Positions 26,761 to 42,232 of a stretch of 64,000 bases of DNA are shown here, piece by piece; within the stretch, counting starts at the first letter, position 1; each line of letters begins with the position of its first letter. The DNA is from Eledone cirrhosa. Lineage: Eukaryota. The DNA is taken from assembly GCA_964016885.1 (NCBI GenBank), contig OZ024740.1:225742001-225806000 (forward strand). Reading direction: 5' to 3'. Made by a program: the position numbers and the translations under genes. The notes under the pieces are model-generated. The model had not been told where the DNA came from and did not search any database. It worked only from the letters and a program-made list of their open reading frames with translations.

Positions 26761-28612
26761 TTTTAAAAATCCATAATCATTTTCTGCTTGGTTATATTTT
26801 CTATTAGATTTAGCCTTATGGTTTTTCTTTTTCTTCGGCCCAACGTTATTGATTGTGTAGTACTAAATATTCTGATTACAAATTTATCATTATTCATCAT
26901 AAATTGTGCATCAAAGCCAACCAATCAGATGAAAAATTCTATTAGTTTTATTTATATATCGTAATTAATTTCCGGACATCAACCTTTACTATTATGCAAA
27001 TGAGTCTGTGCCTAGGCATATATGTATTTATATTTCAATAAGTATCTTTCAGCTACTATCACTGGCAGTTCGTAAGAAAGGGGTGAGTGAATTGTGAGGA
27101 ATTCTTAAATAACTATCAAACCAGTAGGTTCAGTCTTTATTCCAACCTACAGAAAATGTCTCCGTGGACTTACTTACTTACAGAACACGACTAGATAGGT
27201 CTCTATATCATCACAATTTGTGTATCGAAATACACATTTTCAGTTGCAAGCATTGGTATTACTTCATTTTCTTCCCAACCCCTAAAACGACGAGCAGTTG
27301 ACAATGAATGCGAATCTTCACGTCACACGATAGCGATGTTCTCCAAAGGAAAGACAAAGACCAATAGAGCTTGATACAAGCGACGTCGCAGGCAACGTGC
27401 CGAAAGAGGTTCCGTAATGTACCCCATGCGAATATCTAATAATTCTTCCAATCCTTCTCAGTGAAAATACCAATAATAATCAGAAACTCACATAGCTTCT
27501 GATTACGTTGCTGCTCTTCTCTTTAAAACCAGTCAATCGTCTGTTGGTTCTATTACCTGATCAAGTATAGCATTCTACTCTTATGTTACCCATTGTCTAA
27601 CTGAATATGTACTTCAAATACGAACCTTGTTCATAAGTTATTTTGTATGGCTACTTAGTAATTCTTTAGTTGTTCAATCTTTCTAATTACTGCCATAAAC
27701 GTCCGTTCTCTAAAGTATAATTAACGCTCACAGAGACATCTTCTCGGTTCAACAACACTTCTCTACTACTAAGTGTTTCCTAATTTCTTTCGTGGTATTT
27801 GGTATAAATTGCTTTCTGCTTATCTTTGTTGGAGACGACATTCATACAAAATATAAAAAATAATCTTAATGCACTTCTTATGTCTGTCCCCACTGCGATA
27901 GCCACAATACTTTCATAATAGCCATCTTGATGTTCAAATGCGATGCCCACCAAAGTATCCTGCTGCGATCAGGAATAGTCAAACAACTCTACTTCTGTTT
28001 AGTTAGTTATTTATTGTTTGGTGTAACGGTTAATTATATTTACACACACACACACATACACACTGATTCTCACTCTCTCACTCTCTCTCTTTCTCTTCTT
28101 CTCTCTCTATCTCTCTCTCACACATGCACACACGTACACACGGACACTCATACGCACATTTACACTGACACGCACATATATACATATTCGCGCAGACACG
28201 CACACACACATATATATACACACATATATATGTACATACAAATATATATGCACGTGGTATATGAATATTGCGAGCATGAACAGCAAAGTGGATATAGTAT
28301 CATAAAATTAACTGACATTTTGGCATTGCAGCGATCTGCGTATTATTTATTGCAACGGCTTTTATTCGTAGACAACACATTTATCTCGTTAAAAGCCCAT
28401 TCTAATAGGTAGAAATAGGTACCATAGAGAACATTATTGTTCTAAATCATGGAACATAAATCTAAAGTCTACGCGCCAAATCCGGCCGGCCCCTTCGTTT
28501 TATCCGGCACGCGGTCATCATTGAATATGTGGAGTTGTATATAAAATTTCCTTGTTGTCCTTATCAATTTTTGTGAGCAAATACTCATTTGTCATGTTAC
28601 CCTCATGTTATG

Positions 28613-28940
28613 TCGGCGAAATGGCAGAGTTATTAGAACGTAAGATAAAGTATTTTGTGGTACTTGTTATAGCTTTGTGCTCTCCGAGTTCAAATCCCAC
28701 TTACGTCAACTTTGCATTTTACCATTTTGAGTTCGATGAAAAAGTACTAGTCCTGTATTGGAGTCGAATCTTCCAATATATAACTTTTTCACATCCATTC
28801 TCTCACTCTCTCTATCTTTCTTTGGGGGAAATCTGCTGTGTTCAGACCTGGAAAGGGATGTGCTCCGCCAGGTTTTAAAATGCCCTAGAAACATCTTATG
28901 CCAATACAGTGTCCCTACGAGACCTCCAGGAGTTACGGGA
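28613..28940 (+). mobile_element. SINE family B (related head and central block, different 3' body)
   Basis: Body GCTGTGTTCAGACCTGGA..GCCCTAGA..CCCTACGA..CAGGAG..ACGGGA is shared with 33938-34268. Confidence 0.7.
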
Positions 28941-30155
28941 CCATTGCATACATGCAGCATGATATTCCCATGATGGTTATTTTTACTGTTTTAGTTCGTA
29001 CATATGCAATATTTTGTGTTGAATTACCGAGTCTAAGATGGCATAGGAAACAGATTTTTTGTATCATATTTAAACGATGTTATAGCATTACAAAACACTG
29101 GCTCATTTGTTTATTCTTCAAGCACCGGTGTTTAACATTAATTGTATTATATGTTGAATGCTTATAACAAACAATAGTGATTAAAATAAAGTTGCTACCA
29201 CAGCCTTGTATGGTCATAGACACATTTGTTTTCGTTTTAGCCTATAAGATTCTCAATAATCGTTGATGACCTCTGTTCTAAACAACAGAAACACTGGAAA
29301 ATTGAGCGATTCCACAAGTTCACAATTTCACATTGTCTATAATTACGTTTGCTAGCTCGTTTAATTTTCTTCACTGCCGTCACCATGCTCTTGCATCCAC
29401 CACATGTTGAGACCTTCCTCTATTGCAAAGGGCAACTAAGAACATATATGAAACAGAAGATAAAGAAAGCACATCTAGATCACGTCCTATGTTGCATTAT
29501 TCTACCATTCCAGCCTTTTAAAGATATCTTTAAACTTTATCATTTAAATATGTCATGTTTACGTTAACACGCTAATTTAGTATGCATTGACAAAATATTT
29601 ATATCTTCACTAGTCTTGTAGTAGCAATTAAGAACTGCTTTGTTGTTAAGGTCTAAGGAGGGCGAAATAAGTCCAGAGTTATCTCCGTATTATTAAAGAT
29701 CAGGCATATGCTTCCATTGAAATGTTTAAATAGATTTATTTCATTTAAATTTCTGGACCAAATATAACCAATTAAATAATTATTCACTCATAAATAATTG
29801 TTATTTTAATTAGTTAAAATTGTCCCTATGTCATATGTAGTGGTGCCCAGTTTACCATTAAACGTTTAATCTAATATTCCGCGAACAACATTCTTATATA
29901 ACAGACATGCATGTCCAAAACGTTTCATGATTCATTATAGCTTTCAAGATATAGTTATTGATTGCGGCATATTTTCAAATAAAGAAAACTAATATATTTG
30001 ATCAAGAGATCAATCACAAGGTTTCGACTTCAAACTGAAGCTTTACGCGGGTAATTCTTTTGAAACGTCCCTATAAACTTATGAATTATATATACTAATA
30101 AAACCCATCGTTACGCAGCCACCGGTAAAACGCTCACACACACAAATAGCTATGT

Positions 30156-30191
<36 letters not shown>

Positions 30192-30198
<7 letters not shown>

Positions 30199-30605
30199 AA
30201 GGTTTAGTAAATAATGAAAAAGTTTCAAAATAAATTTTTAAAATGATGTTCTACATCATCCACTCTCATCCCAGGAACAGTTTTTGATAGCGCTAGTTTG
30301 TGATTTAAATTCAGGAATTTTATATTCTTTGAATGAAAAGAACCTTCTGACGAGAATCTTTCTTTGCAACGAAGGCCGTATGGTCTCCGTTTTATTTTTG
30401 GGATTCGAAACCGATCGGTAAAGGTAACCATAGTAGGTAAAGTCAATTTTTTAAAATTTATTTTGAAACTTTTTCATTATTTACTAAACCTTGTTTATAT
30501 TTGTTCTGGCTCGTTAATTTATTAACCCGCCATTGAACGACACTGGCATTTGGTTGGACAATACATGCGTACCTTGGCGCCTTGTGCGTGAAGGAACGTA
30601 TTTTC

Positions 30606-30608
<3 letters not shown>
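30192..30608 (+). mobile_element. HHR element with 5' inverted segment in (TA)n
   Basis: 30192-30243 is the reverse complement of ~30449-30500. HHR inside; (TA)n on both sides. Confidence 0.8.
30342..30425 (+). ncRNA. Type I hammerhead with long stem II insertion
   Basis: ACCTT CTGACGA GAATCT..(~40 nt)..GGATTC GAAA CCGATCGG TA AAGGT. Palindromic stem III ACCGATCGGT. Confidence 0.85.
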
Positions 30609-30680
<72 letters not shown>

Positions 30681-30934
30681 TGTATGTATATGTATATGCC
30701 TGTGTGTGCGCGCGTGCGAGCCGGACAAATGTCGTGGTCTTTTTTTGAAGTCTGCGTTACCTTGTCTATATGCTGAATGTGACACACTAGTACACGGTTA
30801 CTTCCACACCTGTTGCACTTAAAACACCCTTGTAAACTCCAAAGAATGTTTCCTAATGAAAGATATTGAGCTATCTCAATTTGTTATTGTAAAGTATCGA
30901 ATTGTTGAATTACAGTTTAAAATATCTAGCTTTC

Positions 30935-31029
<95 letters not shown>

Positions 31030-31155
31030 TCTCTCTTTCTCCATCTCACTCTATTTCTCTCTCAATAACAACACATTTTCACTCAAATCATTTTTTTTAA
31101 AAGTCTAATGTCACCACATTCATTCGACGTCATAAACGACCCACCACTTTTCATA

Positions 31156-31186
<31 letters not shown>

Positions 31187-31639
31187 CACTTTTCACTCCT
31201 CTCCGTTTTCCCCTCCGACATATATGCTGTGAAAGAGAGACAGGCGGAGAAACAACTACTCTTTTATAATATGGATTGTATACGTATGTTTTTCCTTGAA
31301 ACTAAGAAATTATTTCTGCGTCAGTGTAGATTTCAACTTTAAAATTCGCCAATCATGCATTTATAGCACCCTTTCTTTGATAAATTGTCGCGGCTGTTGA
31401 GAGATCTCCAACGGAACGTATGTATTTTATAGGTGGAAAAAAGAATCCGTTTTTAAATCGCAGTTCCAGAGAAGGTTTCATTGGTATTCGAGTCCATTAA
31501 TTACATCAACAAAACATAACGCACGAAAGAAGAAAAATTATATGAGTAGTTTTTAAACTTGATGTCATAGCGCCAACATCCGTTTTGACAGCTGCTAGGA
31601 GAGGCAATGCTTATTTCGTAATGCCTCACTTCCGTAGAT

Positions 31640-31791
31640 AATTGATTCTACCTTTGACACAAGGCCAGCAATTACCCCAGTGCATTACATGTGCTTTATT
31701 TTATCGACCCCTTATGGATGAAAAGCAAAGTTAACCTCGGCGGGATTTGAAATCAGAACTCTATGCTGTAAAGCTCTACCGATACAGCCAA
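31640..31791 (-). mobile_element. SINE family A (internally deleted)
   Basis: Reverse-complement consensus match. Confidence 0.8.
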
Positions 31792-31967
31792 AATATTGTC
31801 TAATTAGAGCCTTTGTCTCAATCATCTTTTAACTTATTTTTTCACAGAAATTTTTCTACAATTTTCCAAAATTCGCAGAACTCATATCTATATGTTTGTG
31901 AATAATCCTCACCACCCTACTTTAGATATGACGTTAAATGAAAAGATCAAGTTTTAGAAAGAGCACA

Positions 31968-32008
<41 letters not shown>

Positions 32009-32049
32009 ACTCACGCACACGCACACGCACACACACATACATATATACA

Positions 32050-32187
32050 TTATGAAAATCTCTTTTAAAAGAATTGTCCCTCTCATTTTTTCTATAATGT
32101 CACTTTGATAAATCAAAGAAAGGGAAAAGAAAGAAAAACAGATCCTTAAATATATTTTCCGTGCTATTTCCAATCTCACCTTTTCTC

Positions 32188-32188
<1 letters not shown>
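32050..32188 (+). mobile_element. 3' fragment of the family at 45656-46190
   Basis: ATCAAAGAA..AAAAACAGATCCTT.AAATATATTTTCCGTGCT shared with 46060-46190. Confidence 0.65.
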
Positions 32189-32237
<49 letters not shown>

Positions 32238-32624
32238 TAATTATAGTATTATTCAGTTTCCGTTAGATTAATCAACTATTTTGATTATGTAACAAGAAAC
32301 TGAAGCCGCTTACGATAGTGTGTTACTCAATGGTCGAATTATTTCATTTGGCAAATCCTGTGGTAGTTCCACTATAGCTTCCAAGCGTAACAATGTACGG
32401 AGTATATATATAATTTACAAAATAATACTTTGGAAATTTGTTAAATACATGATTTTTTTAAGTAGTTGGATTCCATTTAATTTGATTGGAGGAGGCAAAT
32501 ATTAGCGATCCTTGACTGATATGTAACATATACAAAGAAACACGTGTCAGTGTTATGCAATAAATGTAATTCCCAACCTTCTGGAATGTGATGTTATAAA
32601 TAATTATTTTGTAAATCTCTCTCA

Positions 32625-32735
<111 letters not shown>

Positions 32736-33145
32736 TGTATATAAAATAAAATTCTGTTCAATTTTTATTAACAAAATACAGGCATTTTTCACGGAACGCA
32801 TTTTGGGTAACGCAACTTAATCTCTTATCATGATTCCATACCCAAGAAAAACACCTTTTTTTCTATTTACAGTAATATGTATCATTCGATGTTAAATCTA
32901 TCGGTTTATATATATGTATTGCAACTTTCAATCTCATTAATTTCTCTTCCTATAATAACAATAGTTAACTTTATTATCCAATATAGTAATGCGCATCGTC
33001 TCTCTCTCTCTCTCTAGGTATATATAATATATATATATTTATCTTTCTGAATGTAACTTTTAATATAATATTTCTTGTTTTTTTTCTCCCTCTTTCTCAC
33101 TCTTATGCTATTGTACTGATATTGAATAAGGAAGGGTGAGAGACA

Positions 33146-33176
<31 letters not shown>

Positions 33177-33435
33177 CCTTATAGAATATAACTTTCTTAA
33201 ACAGAGAGAAGGGGGAGGGGTGGAAAATAGAAGTAAGAAGAAAAAAAAACAAAGAGGTTAGCGTCAAATATACTATGCACGTTTTAATATAAAAGAGAAA
33301 TATAGAAATGTAGAAAGAGAGAGAGTTCAAGAGAGTGAGGCAAGTAAAGATGCACAGAATTATAACTACACAATCGTAAAAATAATGGCTAGAACAGAAA
33401 ATGAAATTTACAAAAAGAAAATGGTATACACACAA

Positions 33436-34268
33436 GGCGGCGACTTGGCAGAGTCGTTATAACTGTTTCTACTTTTGGGACAAGGCCAGCAATTCACCAG
33501 TACATTACTGGTACTTTATTTTATCGACCCCATAAGGATGAAAGGCAAAGTCAACCTCGGTGGGATTTGAACTCAGATCATAAAGGGACGTAACTCTATG
33601 CTTCAAAGCATGGCGTTTGGCTCTCTACCGATACTGCCAATCCACCTTTATAACTGTTTCTACTTTTGGCACAAGGCCAGCAATTACCCAGTGCATTACT
33701 GGTACTTTATTTTATCGACCCCGTAAGGATGAAAGGCAAAGTCAACCTCGGTGGGATTTGAACTCAGATCATAAAGGGACGTAACTCTATGCTTCAAAGC
33801 ATGGCGTTTGGCTCTCTACCGATACTGCCAATCCACCTTTATAACTGTTTCTACTTTTGGCACAAGGCCAGCAATTACCCAGTGCATTACTGGTACTTTA
33901 TTTTATCGACCCCGTAAGGATGAAAGGCAAAGTCAACCGTCGGATAGAATGCATTGCGGTATTCGTTTCGGCTCTCTATTCTCTGAGATTAAACCCCACT
34001 GAGTTCACCATTGCCTTTCAATCTTTCGAGGCCTCTAAAAAATGTACTAGTCTAGTACTGGGTGTCATCTCTTACTTTATATCTCTTTCTCACTCTCATT
34101 CTCCCACTCTCTCTCTCCTTCATCCATTCTCTCACTCTTTCCTTCTCTGGAAGAAATGTGCTGTATTCAGACCTGGAGAGAAGATGGGCACCACCAGATT
34201 TAAAATATTGCCCTAGATACGCCGTATGTCAATACGGCGCCCCTACGAATACCTCAGGAGGTACGGGA
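33436..34268 (+). mobile_element. SINE family B interrupted by a tandem SINE A array
   Basis: Head GGCGGCGACTTGGCAGAGTCGTTA at 33436; the element resumes CGTCGGATAGAATG at 33938. Confidence 0.7.
33457..33937 (-). mobile_element. Head-to-tail array of 2.5 SINE A copies (191-bp period)
   Basis: Units start at 33457, 33648 and 33839 and are near-identical. Confidence 0.92.
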
Positions 34269-34979
34269 AAAAGAAAAAAATACGCACACACAAACGTGTG
34301 TGCGCGGGCGCATTTTTGTAAATACACTCATGAATATACATACTTACCTATAATATATGCCAAAATACACGTTCGTTTGTATGCGCGCGCTTGTGTGTGT
34401 ATCTGTACGTATGTGTTTTATGTTTAAGGGAATATGGCGCCTCTTTGCAGTTTTTAAGCCTCATAAACATTTTGATTTATTGCACCCTTCTAAACACCGA
34501 CCACCGGAATTTAAAACCCATCCAGTCTCATCTTTTGCAACTACCCTACCTTTTTATGTTAACATCAACTACAGTTCACTTCCTTTCCATCCAACACGAT
34601 CTTTACCCAAAATGAAATGTTGATCACAGCTATTCATTCATAATATCATATTTCATGCACCTCCACCATCAATTTTTTCAACCACTTTCATCGTCAACAG
34701 AAGACTAAGATACATACGTCTCATTACCTGGGCTCACCTGACAATTTAGGAATGCCATCACCAGCGAAACTTCGGAGTGACTATCCACAAAATTATATAC
34801 ATATGCATTCTGTACTTTATTCTATATTCGTTTCCAGTGTAAGTTATTTTTTGTATTCTAAAACACTTAACGCTAACTTTGCATGCACAGACACACGCAC
34901 ATATGCATATACATTCATTTATACGCATATACATATGCATGTACATATATACGTACATATATGTACTTATACGTATATA

Positions 34980-35067
<88 letters not shown>

Positions 35068-35099
35068 CACACACACTCACACACACACACTCTCACACT

Positions 35100-35133
<34 letters not shown>

Positions 35134-35160
35134 TATCAATACACAAAAATTCATAAATAC

Positions 35161-35230
<70 letters not shown>

Positions 35231-35710
35231 CAAGGAACACATTTTCCTCGTTGATATATATATATATATATATATACGTATCATTTACCTCTTCCTGGTT
35301 TGAGGTATATATTAAATAAATAATGATGTTTATCGCAAAGATTTTTCTACTCTGTTTAATTATTTGTCTCCTGTGTTTGACGGATAGCTTACGAAGACAA
35401 AGTTTACTTTCCATAGCTCTATAATTTACTTGCATTGACATTTCTTAGCTCTAAAACGACACACTTACGTTTACACAAACTATTTACTTATTGAGCTCAT
35501 GCGTTACACATATATTTGTTTGCGTATGTGCACAAATAGACACATACACATTCATATATCTTATCTATTCATACATAAATTGTTAAATTGTCAAAACTAA
35601 AAAGTAGAACAGCAGAATGTTAGCGCATTAGTGATGGTTTGCGGTTTAATAAACTTTCCAAAATAGATCATGTTAGTGTGCTGAAATAGGGAACTAGGAA
35701 ATAGAATAAT

Positions 35711-35745
35711 ACTAAACGATTCGGGCAGCGCCCTTCTTCAGAAAA
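35711..35745 (-). ncRNA. Degenerate minimal hammerhead
   Basis: Minus strand: CTGAAGA AGGGC GCT GCCC GAAT CGTT, downstream of a pyrimidine-rich UTR-like tract. Confidence 0.5.
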
Positions 35746-36149
35746 TAAGAAGCTGTCTCCGAGGGGAAAGAGGAACAGAAGAATAAAGGGGAAAAGGAAA
35801 TGGGAGGTAGTAAGGTTAGGGACAAGACATGCCAAGAAAAATGAAAGGGCACGAATGTGAGTAAGAGGTTTGAAAGTAGACACAGCTGGAATGTAAATAG
35901 AAGTAGTATAGAAAATAATTAAAAAAAGAAGTGGAAATGGGTAGATAGGAAAGTGTGGACGACAGCAATAGGTCAAGTATCAATTTTTACTATTTTTGTG
36001 TTGCTGGAATGAAAATTACTTTAACTATACAGAATAGCAAATGCAACACAAGCATCACAAACACAAAATGTGTACAGAGAATGGAAGCGGCGACACTAGC
36101 GCCTCATAGCCAGACCGATAGCAACATTCCAGCTGCGACATCTAACTGA

Positions 36150-36415
36150 CCTCACATTACAATTCATAATCACTGCTTCCCAGTCGAGTCATCGAGGGAG
36201 CCTCGCCGTTGTCCCCCAGTCTGACAGAAATAGCAAACAAATCTTCCTCAAATCACACCACCCTTCTACCTTAAGACAAGGAAGGGGCACATGTACAATT
36301 TAGTCCTTATATTATAAAACGGCAGGAGGTTCATATCTAGAAAGCTTTGGATTTGATCCTAGATTGTCTCTATCAGAGTTGACTGGAGCTAAACAACACG
36401 ACAACTACAACAACG
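36150..36415 (+). mobile_element. Interspersed repeat ending in (CAA)n; minus copies near 17655-17850 and 18248-18400
   Basis: AGAAATAGCA..AAATC..TCAAATCA and GCTAAACAACA tail shared with the diverged minus copies. Confidence 0.45.
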
Positions 36416-37528
36416 CCTCGTTAAATAAACAACAATCGTTACTCTCGTGATGTTATACTTATTACAACAGACCTACTAGTAATTACTTTATTTACTCCGC
36501 ATGTTTAGATAAATGATTAATACGAGTGACGTAGAAATACATCGAGATTTTGTATGAAACACTACAACTTGAATTATAAGTTTCAGGAAGCAGTTTCTAA
36601 ACTAATTTTGCAGTGGGTTCTGTAAAAATATAAATCAAATCTATATAAACACATTCGAGAAAATTTTTTTTTTTTACATATTTAAGCTTCGTTACGATCA
36701 CATAGGAAGGTTTGAAATAAAGAAATAAAATATTAGTATTACATACAATCATATACAATAACAAACCTCCTCAGTCCGGTGATACTGTCTATCTGACATT
36801 CCCAAGACAGAAATATCTGTAGGCTAAATCACAACAATATAGAATGAAATAGTTTTAGCAGAAAGATTTGGAAATCAGTAAAGAAATTATTTCATACGAA
36901 ATGTTAAACAAGACGAAAGCAGCCTACTCCGGAAACTGAAATTTTAACGTGGAAGAGAAGACCGTAAAATGTGATAGCGAAAAAAAAACCCAAAAAACAA
37001 AACAAAAAATCAACAAAGGTAAACGGATGAAAGGAGAAAAAAAGTCTCAAATAAAAAAAAAAATTAAATCTGTTTACTCAAGATAATGTATGATGAAGGT
37101 AGTAAGAGCGCGCGCGCGAGCGGGTGTGTGTGTATGAGAGTGAACTCGAGTGTTTGTGCAAATCAACTGATGTTGTTTTTTCATACTGAAGAAGATGAAA
37201 ATTCAACTGCACATTGCCTGGTTTAGTTTTTTGTAATTTCGTTGAATAAACGTTTTGCGTTTAGTCCATGCACGCAGGTATGACGAAGAATTGATTAACA
37301 TACCTCAAGGCGGTATTGCATAGGTCTATAAAGCCTTTAGTTATATCCGTAAAAATAATTAAAAGTGTGTGAAGTAGAAATACTGAAACATCTAAAGTTG
37401 TGAAAGAAGTCCAAACAAATGACGTCATAATGCAATTGTTTCCTCACTGAACATTCCGTAGCAATTGTTCTGAAAATGATTTATTGGAATTTTTTTAAAA
37501 TAGATGTTTCGTTTTTTAGCATATCAAA

Positions 37529-37661
<133 letters not shown>

Positions 37662-37687
37662 CATATATATATTTATATATATAAATA

Positions 37688-37741
<54 letters not shown>

Positions 37742-37759
37742 CATATATATATATAAATA

Positions 37760-37828
<69 letters not shown>

Positions 37829-37867
37829 AATCTTCTATACACAATCATACACACCCGTGTATATTTA

Positions 37868-37908
<41 letters not shown>

Positions 37909-37933
37909 GTATATATATATGTATATATATATG

Positions 37934-37967
<34 letters not shown>

Positions 37968-37993
37968 TATATATATTTATATATATATATATT

Positions 37994-38040
<47 letters not shown>

Positions 38041-38044
38041 GTAA

Positions 38045-38390
38045 GGAGGCACATGGTTTAGTGGTTAGAGCATTGGCCTTGCAATCCAAAGGTTGTGAGT
38101 TAAATTCTCAGACCGGGTGATGTGTTATTTCCTTGAGCAAGACACTTTATTTCACATTGCTCCAGTTTACTCAGCTGTAGAAATTAGATGATAGGGACTG
38201 GGGTCCCTATCATTCCACTGCAAAGTGGTCGTGGAGGTGCCACGGCAAAAAAGCATCTAGCACTCACTGTAAATGAGGTTGGTGTTAGGAAGTGCATCCA
38301 GCTGTAGAAATCTAGCCAAAATCAGATCCCGTCCCACCCTTGCAAGCAGGGAAAAGCGGACGTAAAATGAAATGATGATGATGATGATGA
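38045..38390 (+). mobile_element. tRNA-derived SINE family C with CORE-like block and RTE-like tail
   Basis: TGGTTTAGTGGTTAGAGC A-box; GTGTTATTTCCTTGAGCAAGACACTT; tail GGAAAAGCGGACGTAAAATGA(TGA)n. Confidence 0.75.
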
Positions 38391-38402
38391 TATATATATA
38401 TA

Positions 38403-38562
<160 letters not shown>

Positions 38563-38563
38563 C

Positions 38564-38640
<77 letters not shown>

Positions 38641-38642
<2 letters not shown>

Positions 38643-39250
38643 TCAGGTCACCAGTTGGTGCTACTGGTAACATGTATCCCAGTACAACCTGTCTCATGGT
38701 CGGGTCGTTGGCGACTAAACTGGCAACCCCACCAAGGTTTCTTGGTGAGGAGGATGACTTTGGACATCCTGCAGGACTAAAAACAAAACCTGTCAAAGGG
38801 CAAAGGAGCTCTTAAGAGTCAATGGCCATCCAAAATCACCGGGAGAGATGACCCCTTAGCCTTTGTCAAGGCAGAATTCTAGGAGAAGGAAAACTCTGAT
38901 ATAACACCTGCAACCCTGATGGTATCCAATGATGTTGACTTGTTCTTCTTTTTGGTAGATATCATCTTGGTTAAGAGAGTGGGACTGGCTTTGTGCAGTG
39001 CCTTTCCTCACTATAAAATCTTCACAGCACAGGCATTGCTTTATATCTGGAGATCTCTCTGCACTTGTCATCACATGGTACCATGGGCCCAGCACTATGT
39101 GTCAATAATTGTCACAAGTGTAGTGTTTGTACCAGAGTTTTCAAGTCGCTGGCTGGACTAAAGGGTCACACTTGTTTAGCACATCAGTAGGAGTTCTCCT
39201 ACATGGATATAAAGTAGTGGCCGTACTCGAAAACGAGTTGGCAGCCACCA

Positions 39251-39251
<1 letters not shown>
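38641..39251 (+). mobile_element. Non-autonomous RTE-derived element (5' UTR joined to 3' end)
   Basis: RTE 5'UTR-like GGAGAAGGAAAACTCTGA (38882). C-terminal zinc finger [22 protein letters not shown] (39119-39184). Tail hairpin CTCGAAAACGAG. Flanked by (TA)n. Confidence 0.65.
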
Positions 39252-40908
<1,657 letters not shown>

Positions 40909-40955
40909 TGGAATAGCTTAGATAGGGCTAGGCATAAGATAGGGAAAGCCACCTC

Positions 40956-41549
40956 ATGGTACGACAACAAGAGATACCAGAGTGTCATGTTTGTGGCGAT
41001 ATCCCTGGGGGAAAATTACCTAACCAGAGTAGAAAGGCCCTGAGAAAGACCCACTTAAAGATTAAGGTGGTAGAAAAGCCAGGAACCACCATACAATCCC
41101 TGATCAGCAAAACCTACCCTTTTAAGAAAACCCACTGTACTAATAGGAAATGTATCATATGTAAAGTAAACCCTCGGATAAACTGTAAAACTAGAAACCT
41201 AGTCTATAGCATAAGATGTACAGAGGGTACTTGCAGAAACATGACAACAACATACATAGGCGAGACAGCTCGTAGCATAGTTGAAAGGATAGACCAACAC
41301 TGGGGGGAACTAAAAGGACGAAAAAACGGTTCAGTACTATACGAACATGCCAGACAACAACAGGACGGTAACATAGACAACATAGATATTAGAATAATAT
41401 CTAAACATAGAAATGACCCAGCAGATAGGCAAATCAGAGAGGCCAGTGAAATAGAACTTAGAAGGCCAAGGCTAAACAGAAAAAATGAATGGAATAACAA
41501 CAACACCCAAACAAACAACACTAAACCTAAGAGAAGTATAAATAAATAA
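40956..41549 (+). CDS. PLE GIY-YIG endonuclease region (truncated, upstream frameshift)
   Basis: [63 protein letters not shown]. Confidence 0.88.
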   Translation: MVRQQEIPECHVCGDIPGGKLPNQSRKALRKTHLKIKVVEKPGTTIQSLISKTYPFKKTHCTNRKCIICKVNPRINCKTRNLVYSIRCTEGTCRNMTTTYIGETARSIVERIDQHWGELKGRKNGSVLYEHARQQQDGNIDNIDIRIISKHRNDPADRQIREASEIELRRPRLNRKNEWNNNNTQTNNTKPKRSINK

Positions 41550-41774
41550 ATAAATAAATAAATAGATAAATAAATAAATACATACACAAGCACAATAACA
41601 ACAAACACATATAAACACACACTAGTAAAGATAAACAGGAACACACATCAAACAAAACACTACACACACACGCAAACGCATGCGCAAATAAGACAAAAAT
41701 ATAAACAAATAAATATATAAACAGACTAAATAAAGATGGCGTAGACATACAATGCAACGGGAGGAAACAATAGG

Positions 41775-41816
41775 ACCACTGACGATGTTGCAGATCTGCA
41801 ACGAAAGAACTCTGAT
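41775..41816 (+). ncRNA. Minimal type I hammerhead (PLE-associated)
   Basis: CTGACGA T GTTGCAG AT CTGCAAC GAAA GAAC TC TGA. Same relative position as the 608-652 motif; stem I is weak. Confidence 0.7.
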
Positions 41817-42045
41817 AGACTATATATATGTGTTTGTGTCTATATTGTATCTGTATTTTTGACCGTTGGTCAGTCAATGGCAACATTGAGGACCGAATAA
41901 ATTAGATTAACCGATATAAAAGACACAGAAGAGAAAAGCGAAAACCAACCAAACAGTGTGTGTTCTGTTATTAATTCTGGCAATATTACACAAATATGAC
42001 CCTCCCCCAAGTAAAACAATATATGTATATATATATATATATATA

Positions 42046-42232
42046 TTAATTGTTTCTACTTTAGGCACAAGGCCAGCAAATTACCCAGTGCATTACTGGT
42101 ACTTTATTTTATCGACCCCGTAAGGATGAAAGGCAAAGTCAACCCCGGCGGGATTTGAACTCAGATCATAAAGGGACGTAACTATGCTGGAAAGCATGGC
42201 GTCCGACCCTCTACTGATACTACCAATCCACC
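42046..42232 (-). mobile_element. SINE family A
   Basis: Full length, flanked by ATATTAAT. Confidence 0.92.

Larger units (their letters stand above)
40909..42020 (+). mobile_element. 5'-truncated Penelope-like element (GIY-YIG + pseudo-LTR) in (TA)n
   Basis: EN ORF, A-rich UTR and HHR. Tail homologous to 1703-1775. Confidence 0.85.

Noticed and set aside
30225-30446. 73-aa minus-strand ORF
   Set aside because: Antisense of the hammerhead element; no recognisable domain.
33457-33937. CRISPR-like periodicity
   Set aside because: Whole 191-bp units repeat with no unique spacers; eukaryotic SINE sequence and no cas genes.
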